DNA from: a virus | Taxonomy: Duplodnaviria; Caudoviricetes | Direction: 5' to 3' (one strand) | DNA length: 49,131 nt | Virus record (IMG/VR): IMGVR_UViG_3300020593_000122 | Location: 1-49,131 of that record | Shown: one piece after another, positions 9,247-19,060 of the stretch | Numbering within the stretch: the first letter of the stretch is position 1 | Layout: every line of letters starts with the position of its first letter | Made by a program: the position numbers and the translations under genes | Notes under the pieces: model-generated | Told to the model about the DNA's origin: nothing | The model's database searches: none | The model's input: the letters and a program-made list of their open reading frames with translations, nothing else

Positions 9247-9872
9247 ACCTTGTCTTCCGCGTAGATGCCTTGGGAAACCACTGCGCTGCCGCACCAGGCG
9301 TAGCCGTCGGCATCGCTGTAGACGATGGGTGCCGGGTTGCCTTGGGCTTCGGTATTGGTTGGCCCATTAAAGTTGTAGGAAGCGCCGTTATCCGGGCTGT
9401 CGCTGGTAGCTATCCCTGACTGGGGAGACGACAGCGCCTGGACGACGCCACCAAGCACCATCGTTGCGCCCATCCAGGCTGCGGTTCCTGCCCATCCACT
9501 ACTCGAGAAAGCTGCCACGATGCCGCCCTGGGTGGCGAATGTCGCCACGGCGATCAGAGCGGCGCCTAGGATGATGTTGAACAGCCCGCCACGCTTGTTT
9601 CCCTGGGTGATGGGCGCGATTCGAATGTCGCCCTCCAGGGGAAACTCTTCCCTGATCTCGTCTTCGCTCAAGCTCCGCTTTCCCACAAGGCAGGCGAAGC
9701 CCTGGCGGCTTGCCGCCGCCTTGGCCATATATGCCTCGAAGCCCTGGACCTGCGCACCGAGCGCCCGCATGACCTCGCGCATGGAGCCCGCCACAAAACG
9801 GTGGGTGCGGCCAAACAGGCGGCCGAGTTCCCCGTACAGACGGATCGTGCGTACGGTCTCGTTCTCGAACAT
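9243..9872 (-). CDS. I: Tail assembly protein I
   Basis: IRLYGELGRLFGR, GLFNIILGAALI and SYNFNGP.NT motifs. Confidence 0.92.
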   Translation of the reverse strand: MFENETVRTIRLYGELGRLFGRTHRFVAGSMREVMRALGAQVQGFEAYMAKAAASRQGFACLVGKRSLSEDEIREEFPLEGDIRIAPITQGNKRGGLFNIILGAALIAVATFATQGGIVAAFSSSGWAGTAAWMGATMVLGGVVQALSSPQSGIATSDSPDNGASYNFNGPTNTEAQGNPAPIVYSDADGYAWCGSAVVSQGIYAEDKV

Positions 9873-9877
9873 TGGTC

Positions 9878-10660
9878 TTACTCCTGGGATTTATGTCGGC
9901 AGACCATGCGGGTGCAGGAAGCCCACATGCCGCCGTAGACGACACGCTCAGAGTTGCGCCCGTAGAAGTGGTGAAGCATGGCGTTGCGGAGCGGAAAGAG
10001 GTCGGGCGCCTCGCTGAGCCCCTCATCGCCCAGGAACAGCCCGCCGTGGTTGGCCACGGGCGATCGAACCTGCATGAGGACCATGTCGCCGGTCTTCATC
10101 GGCTCGCGCTCCGCCAGAATGCGAAAACCCGCGTGCTCCAGGTTGGCCAGGTACAGATCGAGACCGTGATTCCACCAGTCGTCCGGCCGCTCATAGTCCG
10201 GAAGCTCGACGCCTCGCTCTCGGTCGAACCAGTCACGGATCAGCGTGTAGCAATCAAGCACGCCATGAAAGAATGGCCGGCCGAGGAGCGGCGCACGATA
10301 CCCGTTGGGCACGATGCCGACGGGAGCGCTGGCCTTCGGCGGCGCGCCGGGTGTTGCCTGATGGACCGGAATCACGTACCAGGGCACGCGCGAGTTTTCG
10401 CAGGCCACGCGATCCCCGACGGTCGGGCCATCCGGGCCGCCTGGATGCGAATGAACCACGGCCTTGATGTCCCCCGCCTCTTCGGCTGCGATGTACTCGG
10501 CCCCGTCGATCCGAAAAGACTCACCGGGCGCCGCGGCGGAGTTCGGCACGGGGCGGTACAACTCGGTGCCGTCGGCGGCCTGCAGCACAAAGCCGCAGGA
10601 CTCATGTGGAAAGGCCGCCTCGGCGTGAGCTTTGGCGGCCTGGATGGTCTCTTTCTGCAT
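9878..10660 (-). CDS. K: Tail assembly protein K (JAB + NlpC/P60)
   Basis: PHESCG, VVHSHP...D, DCYTL, NHGG and MLHH motifs. Confidence 0.93.
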   Translation of the reverse strand: MQKETIQAAKAHAEAAFPHESCGFVLQAADGTELYRPVPNSAAAPGESFRIDGAEYIAAEEAGDIKAVVHSHPGGPDGPTVGDRVACENSRVPWYVIPVHQATPGAPPKASAPVGIVPNGYRAPLLGRPFFHGVLDCYTLIRDWFDRERGVELPDYERPDDWWNHGLDLYLANLEHAGFRILAEREPMKTGDMVLMQVRSPVANHGGLFLGDEGLSEAPDLFPLRNAMLHHFYGRNSERVVYGGMWASCTRMVCRHKSQE

Positions 10661-10662
10661 GA

Positions 10663-11400
10663 TCAGCTTCGGATTCGATCAGCGGCCGGGAAGCCGCAGA
10701 AGTTCAACACTTGCTCGGGGAAACCAGCTTGGCGAACCTTGCAGGACGAGAGCCGACCGCCGCAGCGGTCTTGCTCGGGGTCGGTGGTCGGCTGATCGTC
10801 CTCGGTGAACATCGCGGCACCGGTGTACTGGCAGTACGGACCTCGGTAGCCCCCCTTCCGGGTCCAAGGGCAAACGCCAGCCTGAATCGTGAAGTCGGGA
10901 ATCTGGATGCCATCCGCGTCGATGAGCTGCGCCAGTTCGAAGACGATTACCGCCCGCGTTTCAGAGGTTTTGGCCTCGATGACCAATACTTCACGCATGT
11001 ACTCATCGGGATCAGCATTCGGATTCCCATCCGGGAAGTTCGCCGCATCCAGGAACTTGCCGAAGGTTCGAATCAACTCGAGGCGAGCACCGACGAGATC
11101 CTGGAACTGAATACACAGCGCGGAAATGACGCCAGGCAGCGGATTCCCGTCGGCATCTTTCCCGATATTTCCGACCTGGAGCGTCGGCTGCGGCGGCGGC
11201 CCCTCTCCGACCACCTCGATTCCCTCGACCTGAATCGGCCAGGGCTCGTACACCTCCCCCTGCCAATAGATCGGACCCAGCTGCTCATAGCCATGGAAGC
11301 GCATGATCTCGCCCCCAAAGTCGGTGCAATCCAGTTTGTAGAGGTCAACGAGCCCCTCGAGGTCCAGTTTCTGGACCTCGGCGTAAATCTGATGCGCCAT
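10663..11400 (-). CDS. L: Minor tail protein L
   Basis: RTFGKFLDAANF and C-terminal 4-Cys motif (CPW, CQY, DRCGGRLSSCKVR). Confidence 0.93.
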   Translation of the reverse strand: MAHQIYAEVQKLDLEGLVDLYKLDCTDFGGEIMRFHGYEQLGPIYWQGEVYEPWPIQVEGIEVVGEGPPPQPTLQVGNIGKDADGNPLPGVISALCIQFQDLVGARLELIRTFGKFLDAANFPDGNPNADPDEYMREVLVIEAKTSETRAVIVFELAQLIDADGIQIPDFTIQAGVCPWTRKGGYRGPYCQYTGAAMFTEDDQPTTDPEQDRCGGRLSSCKVRQAGFPEQVLNFCGFPAADRIRS

Positions 11401-11408
11401 GTGGGACC

Positions 11409-11714
11409 CTACAGTGTGACCATCGGCTCGGCGGGCTGGGGGGCCACAACCGGAAGCACGGCAAGCTGCTCCTCCGTCAACGGACCGAAAAGGCCGGCCC
11501 ACACACCGGGAAGCAGCTCGTACACCTCTTGTTCAACGCCCTCATCGCCGGTGACGTACTCGCCGGTGCCGCGCGCCTGGATACCGAGGTACGCGAACAC
11601 GTAACCCTCTTGGAGGGTCACATATCCGTCCTCGGCCCGCTGCGCGATCCCCGCAACGATCAAGCCAGCAATCAGGGTATCGTGGTCCACCGCGTTCAAG
11701 TGAATCGGGTTCAT
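11409..11714 (-). CDS. Small partner/chaperone of the upstream fibre protein
   Basis: Coupled to the upstream gene by ATGA overlap; acidic TGDEGVEQEVYE..PG segment and Pro-rich C-terminus. Confidence 0.65.
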   Translation of the reverse strand: MNPIHLNAVDHDTLIAGLIVAGIAQRAEDGYVTLQEGYVFAYLGIQARGTGEYVTGDEGVEQEVYELLPGVWAGLFGPLTEEQLAVLPVVAPQPAEPMVTL

Positions 11715-13009
11715 CGGCTCACCTCTTGCACCAGCTCAGACTCGGGCATGTAGCGCGGCACGTATCGGATGCGATGGAAGTGGGCGCTGATATAGCGATT
11801 CGTCGGGCCGTACAACGTGCCGATCATTACTCTGTTCAGAGCGTCCATGTTGAACGGCACTGCCGCCGTCGTGCTCGCGTAGCTCGAACCGCCCAAGCTG
11901 TGGGCCATGCCCATGCGCTGCGACGCGAAGTCGTAGGTCAACGCAACAGCTGCTCTCACGCCTTGGGCCAGGTTGCCCACGCTGGTCACCGTGTAGTTCG
12001 TAATATCGGGGTGATTCACATACACGCGCGGTCGGCCAGTCCTGGCGTTGTTCTCGTTGTACCGGCCGATATACATGCCGTTCAGCGACGAGGTGCCATC
12101 ACTGGACAAACCGACGATGCCGCTCACGTCCTGCATCTGAGAGGAAATGAACTTGAAATCGGCGATCAGCGTTCCTGCCGTGCGGCTCAGCAAACTGTTG
12201 GGAATGGAGGCAAACAGGCCGGCATCGGTCGGACGCACCACTGCGGCGTTGGTAGTCGGGATGAAACTGGTGGGGAATGGCACTCCGCTTTCCACTTGCA
12301 TGCCGTCAAAATAGAAGTCCCCATTTGCGCCCACCGACGTCCAGAGCAAGGGCGCATAGGATAGCGCCGACGACGTAGCTATCGCGCTCACGAAGATTCG
12401 GCGCCAGCCGCCTGGGTACTTTTCCATACCGACAACTGCGTTGCTGGAGTTCTGCGACTCGCCGCTCACTGTGTCGGTGGTGGGGTCGTAGACCACCGCC
12501 TGATTGGCGCCGAACACGTTGTTGTGCAGCAGCAGCCGCGGCCGCGCAGTCGGCACCCGAGGCTTGACGAAGATCGACGCGCAGGTGTACTGATCGGTCG
12601 GGTAAGCCACCGCACTGGCGGACTTGTACGGGAAAACATACCCTCCGCCCAAGCCGAAATGCGCGGCCATGCGGCCCGGGACAATGGACGGAATCGCGTC
12701 CTGCGTCGTCGTGGCAATTCCGCCAGGATTGCCCGACCAGTATTGGGTTGAATAGCCGGAGTGGGCGATTCGGTTCGTGGAGCCAACCTCGCGCAGCAAC
12801 CCCCACATCCCCGTCGTATGGTCGAAATGCATGCGCGGCGCGTTCGGCTCTGCGAGGTGCATGCCCGACTCGTCGCAGTAGGTGGCCGATTGCCCCGAAC
12901 GGACGAGCCCTTGCACCTGATCAGGCAGCAGCCCGCTTGTGAAGTCCAAGGTAAAGACAGCCTCGTCGCGTGTCTCCAGGGTAGCCACTTGGCCAAAAGT
13001 CGTACTCAT
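11711..13009 (-). CDS. Fibre/spike protein with lectin-like (ConA/LamG-type) domains (432 aa)
   Basis: N.PR...GLLREVGSTN and QVESG..PTSFIPTTNAAVVR motifs typical of phage spike/fibre proteins; Ser/Thr/Gly/Asn-rich. Confidence 0.7.
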   Translation of the reverse strand: MSTTFGQVATLETRDEAVFTLDFTSGLLPDQVQGLVRSGQSATYCDESGMHLAEPNAPRMHFDHTTGMWGLLREVGSTNRIAHSGYSTQYWSGNPGGIATTTQDAIPSIVPGRMAAHFGLGGGYVFPYKSASAVAYPTDQYTCASIFVKPRVPTARPRLLLHNNVFGANQAVVYDPTTDTVSGESQNSSNAVVGMEKYPGGWRRIFVSAIATSSALSYAPLLWTSVGANGDFYFDGMQVESGVPFPTSFIPTTNAAVVRPTDAGLFASIPNSLLSRTAGTLIADFKFISSQMQDVSGIVGLSSDGTSSLNGMYIGRYNENNARTGRPRVYVNHPDITNYTVTSVGNLAQGVRAAVALTYDFASQRMGMAHSLGGSSYASTTAAVPFNMDALNRVMIGTLYGPTNRYISAHFHRIRYVPRYMPESELVQEVSR

Positions 13010-13623
13010 TGCTCGCGCACTCCATAGGTGAACCACTGCACCGCCGCATCGGTACGCGCGCGAAGGCTCTGGTTTTCCTCCAGCGTCATGACGGGCGTCA
13101 AGCGCACGCTCTTGTAGGGGTCGAGAAGGAACGGGGCGACGAAGTCCTGATACAGGTTCCCGGTGACGCTGTATCGCAGCAGCGTCGCACTCGCGCCCCC
13201 GCCAGACAGGGCGCACCCCACTACGCCGACGATGCGCCAGCGCTGGCCGGCGGGGATCGAATGCAGAATAGTGTTCAACCCCGCCCCTGACTGGGCCAAG
13301 CGCAACAGGGTTTGAACACTCGCAGGCGGCACGGCCGAGCTAACCTTCCAAGTGACCGGCCCAGAGGACGACACCTGAAGTACGTCCCCCTCGTCGATCC
13401 GAATCGGCGGGAAGCGCAGTTTTGTCGATTGGCCGCCTGGCAGAAGCTGGCGATGCAGCATGGGATACGCCACTCCACCGCGCAACAGCTCAACTTTGAG
13501 CACCGCGTCAGTCGTCAAAGCAGTAGCCCAAAGCTCCTGCAGCATGCGCCGGTCTGCAAGCGCCGGGCGCGCGCCCGTGCCGGCGTCGGTCAGCACGAGC
13601 GCCGTATATTCCTGAATTGCCAT
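13006..13623 (-). CDS. Hypothetical virion protein with two similar beta-rich halves (205 aa)
   Basis: IRIDEGDVLQV and VMTLEENQSLRA half-repeats; lies in the tail operon. Confidence 0.7.
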   Translation of the reverse strand: MAIQEYTALVLTDAGTGARPALADRRMLQELWATALTTDAVLKVELLRGGVAYPMLHRQLLPGGQSTKLRFPPIRIDEGDVLQVSSSGPVTWKVSSAVPPASVQTLLRLAQSGAGLNTILHSIPAGQRWRIVGVVGCALSGGGASATLLRYSVTGNLYQDFVAPFLLDPYKSVRLTPVMTLEENQSLRARTDAAVQWFTYGVREQ

Positions 13624-13641
13624 ATTTGCCCCGAATCAGCC

Positions 13642-13980
13642 CTAGGGCCGACTTTTGAATGTGACGGTCAACGTGAACCACCCTCCCCCAAGGGGGACGA
13701 GCTCGTATTCGCCTGTCGCGTTCTTGAAGACGCCCTGCACCCCCAAGGGCGGCGTCCATAGGAAGCGTTTCCACCCGCCATGGCGGTCCAAGAATTCCTT
13801 GATCGGCAGCAGTTCCTGCTCCGTGCCGAAGAACTCCAGCGGCCACGATTCGCCGCGCGCATTGATGCCGTCTTCCGCCTCCTGCGAATAACCATCACCG
13901 AACTGCGCGCTCAACGTTCGGTGCGAGATTCGGCCTCGAAGGTTTCTGCGGAAGGGCCACGTGAAGATCTCCATGGTCAT
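13642..13980 (-). CDS. M: Minor tail protein M
   Basis: AQFGDGYSQ..DGIN and FLDRHGGWKRFLWTPP motifs. Confidence 0.93.
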   Translation of the reverse strand: MTMEIFTWPFRRNLRGRISHRTLSAQFGDGYSQEAEDGINARGESWPLEFFGTEQELLPIKEFLDRHGGWKRFLWTPPLGVQGVFKNATGEYELVPLGGGWFTLTVTFKSRP

Positions 13981-16961
13981 CTTCCGAGCCTGAAGTTGTA
14001 GATGAGCCCACCGGGCCGCATTTCCCTGGCGATCACAGCCTTTGTTTGGTCGGCTATGAGGTCGCCAAGCTGCCTGGCGGTGCCGCTCTGATCGCCGCTT
14101 TGATCCTGGCTCGCTGCTCCACCGCCCGAAATCTGGATCGAGGTCATGATGTTGATGTCCCCCGTCGCCGCCCCCGGCTGAGTCGTCCAGTTGGGCACCT
14201 CAGCCCGGACGCCAAGCGTGCCGTCAGGTCCGCGCTTCAGCGGCATGATGGCCTCGGGGCCGGCTTCTGCAAACATGCCGACGCCCTTGGCGAAAGCGAA
14301 CACCTGCGGCGAGTTGTAGACCGCGTTGGAGTAGGCCGAAAGCCCAGAGGAGGCGTACACGGCGCCCTTGGCGTGCATGACAGCACTGCCAGCCCCCCAG
14401 GAACCGCTCCCAGCGAGCGTCATGCCGCTCACGTCTCCGGTCATCGAACCGCCGACCTGAGCGCTATTCGCCCCAGCCGCGAGACTCCCAACCAGGTTGC
14501 CCACCAAGCCCACGACGGCCTGGCGAGAGGCGATCCTGGCCAGATCCGCAATGACCGAGGTGGCGAACTCCTTGAACGACGCTTTCCCGGTGGTCACAAA
14601 GGACACCAGGGCGTTCTCCATCCCGCTGAATGCGTTGGCGAAGACCTGGTGGGTCTGGGCCATGATGTTGGCCCCGGCGTCCCGCCATTCGTTGAGCGCA
14701 AGCAGCGCGCCGTTTTTCCAATCGCCCTGCAGAGCAATGCGCTGCCGCATGTACTCCTGTTCGCGTGCCACCTGCTCCTGCATGGCAGCATCGATCTGCG
14801 CCACCCCTTGCAGGTACTGCTCGGAGCTCAGAGCGCCCGCCCCACCCTCGCGCAGCATCTTGTTCGTGAAGCCATCGCGGATGCGGCGGAAGCGATCCTG
14901 CGCCTGGTTGATGGCGTCAACCAAGGCGCGGTCATTCGCCCCGAGAGTCAGGGCTCCAAGCTGGCGGCCAACCTGGAGATCGCGGGATTCGCGGTAGTTC
15001 TCGATGTCGAGCTGCGTAGCTCTCACCGCCCCGCGGATCTTCTCCTGGTACTTCTCGATATCTGCGGCCTCTTGCTCGTGCGTACGCACGATCTGGGCCT
15101 CGATCTCCTTGACGCGCCCCAGGTAACGCTCTCGCTCGGCAAGCTGCTTCTTCCCGCCGGCGATGTCGGCCTGCTGGCGGACGATGACCAGTTCGTCCTG
15201 GAGGGCTGCGCGTTGCGCCTCAGCCCGCTTGCGGATGAATTGCTCCTCGGACAACAGGCCGCGAGCTCGCTCAGCTTCCAGGCGAATGGTTTCCTGGCGC
15301 AGCGCCTCTTCTCGAAGACGCGCTTGCGCCTGCATAGCCGCCAACTGCGCTGAAATACCGTTCTGCCCGGCGGACGTAGCGTCCTTGTCCTCGAACCGCT
15401 TGCGAGTGGCTCGCTCGCGCTCCTGAATAGCCTTGGCGCTGATCCGAGGGTCTGCAGGATTGATGGCGCGGATCGCCGCCTCGTCCCTGGCATTCTTCTC
15501 GAGCGCCGCCTTGAGTTGCCGTCCTTTGTCGGCCGCAATGTCCAAGGAGTCGAGCGCCTTGGCCGCCTGGATCGCCGCGGCGTTGGCCGCCGCGTTGATG
15601 CCCTTCATTTGGGCGGTGGCGTCTTCGACCCCCTTTTGTGCCAGAAGGCTGGCTAGCTCGGCTCGGTCCGCCTCCAGGTTCATCGCGACGCGCTGGCCAT
15701 TGACACCGCCACGGCCAGACCGTTCCAGCTTCAGCTCGCGTTCGGCGATGCGCCCGCGCACTTCCGCGATCTGGTCGTCGAGCGTCGACTCGCGCCCAAA
15801 CGCCTTCATGGCCTCCCAGGCGCCGGCTATCTCGCGCTTGAGGCCACTCCAGGCCCGCTCAAGGAAACCTACTTTCTGGACCGCCTCGGTTCCGAGATAG
15901 TCATGCAAGGCGCGGGAGGTCGCCTGCATGGCCGCCTCTCGGTTGCCGGTTTCCTCGAGCGACCGGATGTAGTCCCACTGCGCAAGCGTCATGAAGTTCA
16001 TCGAGCGGTTGTGCTCTTCCGCCCACTTCGTGACACCTTCCGGCATTCGGGCGAAATCCTTGGAGATTTCGTCCATGGACTGGCCGGAAACCCGTTCCAG
16101 CTCGACCATCGTGGCGCTCAGGTCCTGGATCGTCGCCTTCGAGACCTGCCCTGTTGCAACCAGCGATTCGACGGCCTGCCGGGCGCTGCCCTGGCTCCCG
16201 CCGCCAAGCGACGCGGCCGCGGCAGCCATCTCGCGCATGTTGCCCGCCGTGACGCCGGCATAGTTCCCGGACATCCGGATCGCGCGATTCAGGCGGTCAG
16301 CTTCCTGCCCACCTTGGTACGCCGCAATGCCAAAGGCGACCGTCGCGGCCGCGAGCAACGTGTAGGGGTTGATCATCCCAAGCAACGTCGCTCCCAGCGC
16401 ACGCGCCGCCGGCACAAGGCCGCCAAACATGTCCTTGAGTTGGCCGCCCTGTTGCAGCAGTACAGTCATGGGCTGCTGTCCGCTTTGAAGCGAGACGACA
16501 ATGTCCGTCACCTGGGCAGGAACGCCACGCATCGCCGCAGCTGTCTGCGCGGCAGACATGCCATAGCGATTCAGCCCCTTTTCTCCTGCCGCCAAGGCCG
16601 CTTCTTGCGCCTTGAGCTTGCCGATCATTGGCGCGGCTTGACCCGCCACCCCCAATTCCGCGGCGCGCAGCTCCAGCAGTTCCGCGCGCGTCTTACCGAT
16701 TGCCTGGACCTGACGTTCGAGGCTGCTCAGAAATCGTTCGCCCGCCGTCGAATATGCCTGCGCGCCGGCAGCAGCCGCGTTGACAGACGCCGCCATTTGG
16801 CCGGACGCTGCGCCGACCTTCGATGCCGCGGCGGCCGCTCGGCCCATCGACGCTTCGGTGGTGGCCGCGAACTTCGCCGCGGCCGCACCGCCGGCACCAA
16901 AGCCGCGCAGCAGGTCGGATTCGTCGGCTGTCAGCCGTACGCCCAGATTCTTTTCTGTCAT
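13977..16961 (-). CDS. H: Tape measure protein H (994 aa)
   Basis: PAQVTDIVVSLQSGQQPMTVLLQQGGQLKDMFGG motif, Ala-rich helical body, AEAGPEAIMPLKR C-terminus. Confidence 0.95.
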   Translation of the reverse strand: MTEKNLGVRLTADESDLLRGFGAGGAAAAKFAATTEASMGRAAAAASKVGAASGQMAASVNAAAAGAQAYSTAGERFLSSLERQVQAIGKTRAELLELRAAELGVAGQAAPMIGKLKAQEAALAAGEKGLNRYGMSAAQTAAAMRGVPAQVTDIVVSLQSGQQPMTVLLQQGGQLKDMFGGLVPAARALGATLLGMINPYTLLAAATVAFGIAAYQGGQEADRLNRAIRMSGNYAGVTAGNMREMAAAAASLGGGSQGSARQAVESLVATGQVSKATIQDLSATMVELERVSGQSMDEISKDFARMPEGVTKWAEEHNRSMNFMTLAQWDYIRSLEETGNREAAMQATSRALHDYLGTEAVQKVGFLERAWSGLKREIAGAWEAMKAFGRESTLDDQIAEVRGRIAERELKLERSGRGGVNGQRVAMNLEADRAELASLLAQKGVEDATAQMKGINAAANAAAIQAAKALDSLDIAADKGRQLKAALEKNARDEAAIRAINPADPRISAKAIQERERATRKRFEDKDATSAGQNGISAQLAAMQAQARLREEALRQETIRLEAERARGLLSEEQFIRKRAEAQRAALQDELVIVRQQADIAGGKKQLAERERYLGRVKEIEAQIVRTHEQEAADIEKYQEKIRGAVRATQLDIENYRESRDLQVGRQLGALTLGANDRALVDAINQAQDRFRRIRDGFTNKMLREGGAGALSSEQYLQGVAQIDAAMQEQVAREQEYMRQRIALQGDWKNGALLALNEWRDAGANIMAQTHQVFANAFSGMENALVSFVTTGKASFKEFATSVIADLARIASRQAVVGLVGNLVGSLAAGANSAQVGGSMTGDVSGMTLAGSGSWGAGSAVMHAKGAVYASSGLSAYSNAVYNSPQVFAFAKGVGMFAEAGPEAIMPLKRGPDGTLGVRAEVPNWTTQPGAATGDINIMTSIQISGGGAASQDQSGDQSGTARQLGDLIADQTKAVIAREMRPGGLIYNFRLGR

Positions 16962-16981
16962 TTCGCTCTCAGGCCGTCCGC

Positions 16982-17374
16982 CTATCGCCCTGCGTTGAAG
17001 ACTTCAAGTGCCGCTTGCTCCATCTCAAGCAGGTCTTCGAACATCGCCCGGCGTGCCGGCCCTCGAACCTGCAGCAAGCGCAAGGTCGCCTCGATCTCTG
17101 TCGCCGGGATGCCCACCCGAACGGGATCACTCATGGCGGGCGCTACCCAGGTCCAGCGCCGCCCCAGGGCTAGAAACGCCTTCAACGTCTCCCAGTTCTC
17201 CGGCCACACCTCGAAATCTCCGGCCTCGTCGGCCGACCGTCGCGCCGCATCGATCACGGCGGAGGGTGCCCCAGCCTTACGAAGCGCAGCCAAAACCTCG
17301 TTGTCTGCATCGAAATCGCCGCCCGCCGGCACTGCGCCGGCCGCCCAATGGCGGGCGGCCTCGATCAGTTTTTT
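16982..17374 (-). CDS. Tail assembly chaperone T part (DUF1799-like), reached by -1 frameshift
   Basis: FEVWPENWE and MEQAALE motifs; frame open from the slippery site (KLIEAARHWAAGAV...). Confidence 0.8.
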   Translation of the reverse strand, partial: KKLIEAARHWAAGAVPAGGDFDADNEVLAALRKAGAPSAVIDAARRSADEAGDFEVWPENWETLKAFLALGRRWTWVAPAMSDPVRVGIPATEIEATLRLLQVRGPARRAMFEDLLEMEQAALEVFNAGR

Positions 17375-17787
17375 TGCTGGGCCGCCGGCAGTGCTTTGTG
17401 GGCGTCGAAGAAGCCGCTGTAAAGAGGCATTACCAATTCCGGCCAGTCGGCGAGAATCTGGTCCAGGGCCTCCCCGCTGAAGGGAATCGAATCCCCGGCG
17501 GCATCGCGCACGCCCAGCCAGCCGGTCAGCTGCGCCTTGATGAACGCGATGTCATCGGTGAAGGGGTACTCGGGCGCCGCGCTGCCATCGGGGCGCAACA
17601 GCGGCGGCATCCCCTGGGCGACTCGGACACGATTCGTCAAGGCGTCCTGCAGATCGGCCAGCTGCTTGGGGGTGTGGCGGCGATACTGCGCGACAAAGCT
17701 GATTTCGACTGGGTCGCCATTCTCTGCATTGACGGTCGCTTGCAGCTTGGTGGCCGCCACAGGGCGCTTGGTGACAACGAAAGACAT
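17365..17787 (-). CDS. Tail assembly chaperone G
   Basis: GW.GV.DA.G..IPFS...L motif; ends QKN-stop on a slippery site. Confidence 0.85.
   Translation of the reverse strand: MSFVVTKRPVAATKLQATVNAENGDPVEISFVAQYRRHTPKQLADLQDALTNRVRVAQGMPPLLRPDGSAAPEYPFTDDIAFIKAQLTGWLGVRDAAGDSIPFSGEALDQILADWPELVMPLYSGFFDAHKALPAAQQKN
17368..17374 (-). other. -1 programmed frameshift heptamer A AAA AAC
   Basis: CAA AAA AAC TGA at the end of G; the -1 frame continues into T. Confidence 0.85.
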
Positions 17788-17800
17788 GAGCTTGCTCCAG

Positions 17801-17829
17801 AAACAAGAACGCCCGGCAATGGCCGGGCG
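17801..17829 (-). terminator. Terminator-like hairpin after the tail tube gene
   Basis: CGCCCGGC/GCCGGGCG stem followed by a T-rich tract on the minus strand. Confidence 0.5.
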
Positions 17830-17862
17830 CGGTGGATTTGCGGGTGAAATGGGTCGGAGGCG

Positions 17863-18801
17863 CTACTTGACGACTATCTCGAGCTCGTCGTTGCCGTTGG
17901 CGCCGGGATTGATGTTCATGTCCAGATTCAACATCGCCACCTTGTCCTGGTCCGAGTACGTCGGGTTGGTCAGTTGGGATGCCTTGGCGTTAATCTGGAT
18001 GATGTGGCCGGCGGTGGCGCCGTGCACGATCGAGAGCGGCGAGCCGGCGCCGGACAGCACCATGGCCGGCCAGTTCAAATCGGCGATGCGCGGAAGCTCC
18101 AGGATGATTCGGCCCGTCGGTTTGCGGTCGGTGATTTCCGCTCCTTCGCAGCCGACCAGCGACCGCCAGATCAACTCGTTGGCGATGTCGAACGTCATGG
18201 ACTGGAGGCAACCCGTATAGGTCCCCAGAGTCCATTGCGGCGTGTTCAACTTGTTGACCGCCTTGGGCAACTGGAAGGCGCTGAAATCCACGCCGGCGGG
18301 CATGGCCGCGTCAGTAATGGGCTGATATGCGCCGATGAACCGATAGCGCATGACGGGGATGCCTTTCGCGGTGAGGTCGAAAGCCACCGTGCCGCGGGCA
18401 TCGAGAATCTTGTGAAACAGGCCGTCCAGATAGTAATGAAGCGTGAGCTGCTCGAAGTCCGAGGAAACCGGCAGATACCGAACATCCGTGGTTTCGGCGA
18501 TGGTCTCGGCAAAGCCGCAGGCGCGGAGCAACGGGCCCCAGGCCGGCGCTTCGCCTGGAGTGCCGGATCCGGCGAGCTCGACTTCGAACTCGAGCTGGCT
18601 GTATTGCGTCGTTGCCACCTGGCCGGAATTGCCCATATAGGGTCGGTACAGCTCGCGCTCGACGAATTCGGCCGACACCGGGGTGGCGGAGAGGTTGCGA
18701 ACCAGCATGGCGTCGGTAGCGCCGGCCGGCTGCGCATCAGTTCCGCTGGTGGCCTGAAGCTTGGCCAGCACGACGGACTTGCGGATATGTTTTGCCATCA
18801 T
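17863..18801 (-). CDS. Major tail tube protein (312 aa)
   Basis: FEVELAGSGTPG.AP.WGPLLRACGFAET and GNDELEI motifs; upstream of G/T/H. Confidence 0.88.
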   Translation of the reverse strand: MMAKHIRKSVVLAKLQATSGTDAQPAGATDAMLVRNLSATPVSAEFVERELYRPYMGNSGQVATTQYSQLEFEVELAGSGTPGEAPAWGPLLRACGFAETIAETTDVRYLPVSSDFEQLTLHYYLDGLFHKILDARGTVAFDLTAKGIPVMRYRFIGAYQPITDAAMPAGVDFSAFQLPKAVNKLNTPQWTLGTYTGCLQSMTFDIANELIWRSLVGCEGAEITDRKPTGRIILELPRIADLNWPAMVLSGAGSPLSIVHGATAGHIIQINAKASQLTNPTYSDQDKVAMLNLDMNINPGANGNDELEIVVK

Positions 18802-19045
18802 GGGCTCCAGAACTATGGCCCAGGCTGGGCCAGATTGTGAATGGCCGCCGCGCTGACGCTTGGCAGCCGGCGCATGGCTCGGTGCGCTGGATCAACACAC
18901 GCTCGCCGGTGGCGGGATCACGCAGATAGCTACCGCCGCGGCCATGGTGCTCATCGGGCACATCAGGCAGATCGGCCAGAGGCCCAGTGGTCACAGCCCC
19001 CGTCGGCTGAGCGTCGGATGTGTCCGGCTTATCGCTTTCGCGCAT
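18737..19045 (-). CDS. Small conserved phage protein
   Basis: DEHHGRGGSYLRDPATGERVLIQRT motif; AGGA RBS; C-terminal overlap with the tube gene is uncertain. Confidence 0.55.
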   Translation of the reverse strand: MRESDKPDTSDAQPTGAVTTGPLADLPDVPDEHHGRGGSYLRDPATGERVLIQRTEPCAGCQASARRPFTIWPSLGHSSGAHDGKTYPQVRRAGQASGHQRN

Positions 19046-19060
19046 AGTTTGTCCTATGGA

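Noticed and set aside
3946-13009. Diversity-generating retroelement or invertible tail-fibre system
   Set aside because: No reverse transcriptase, invertase or template/variable repeat pair seen in the window
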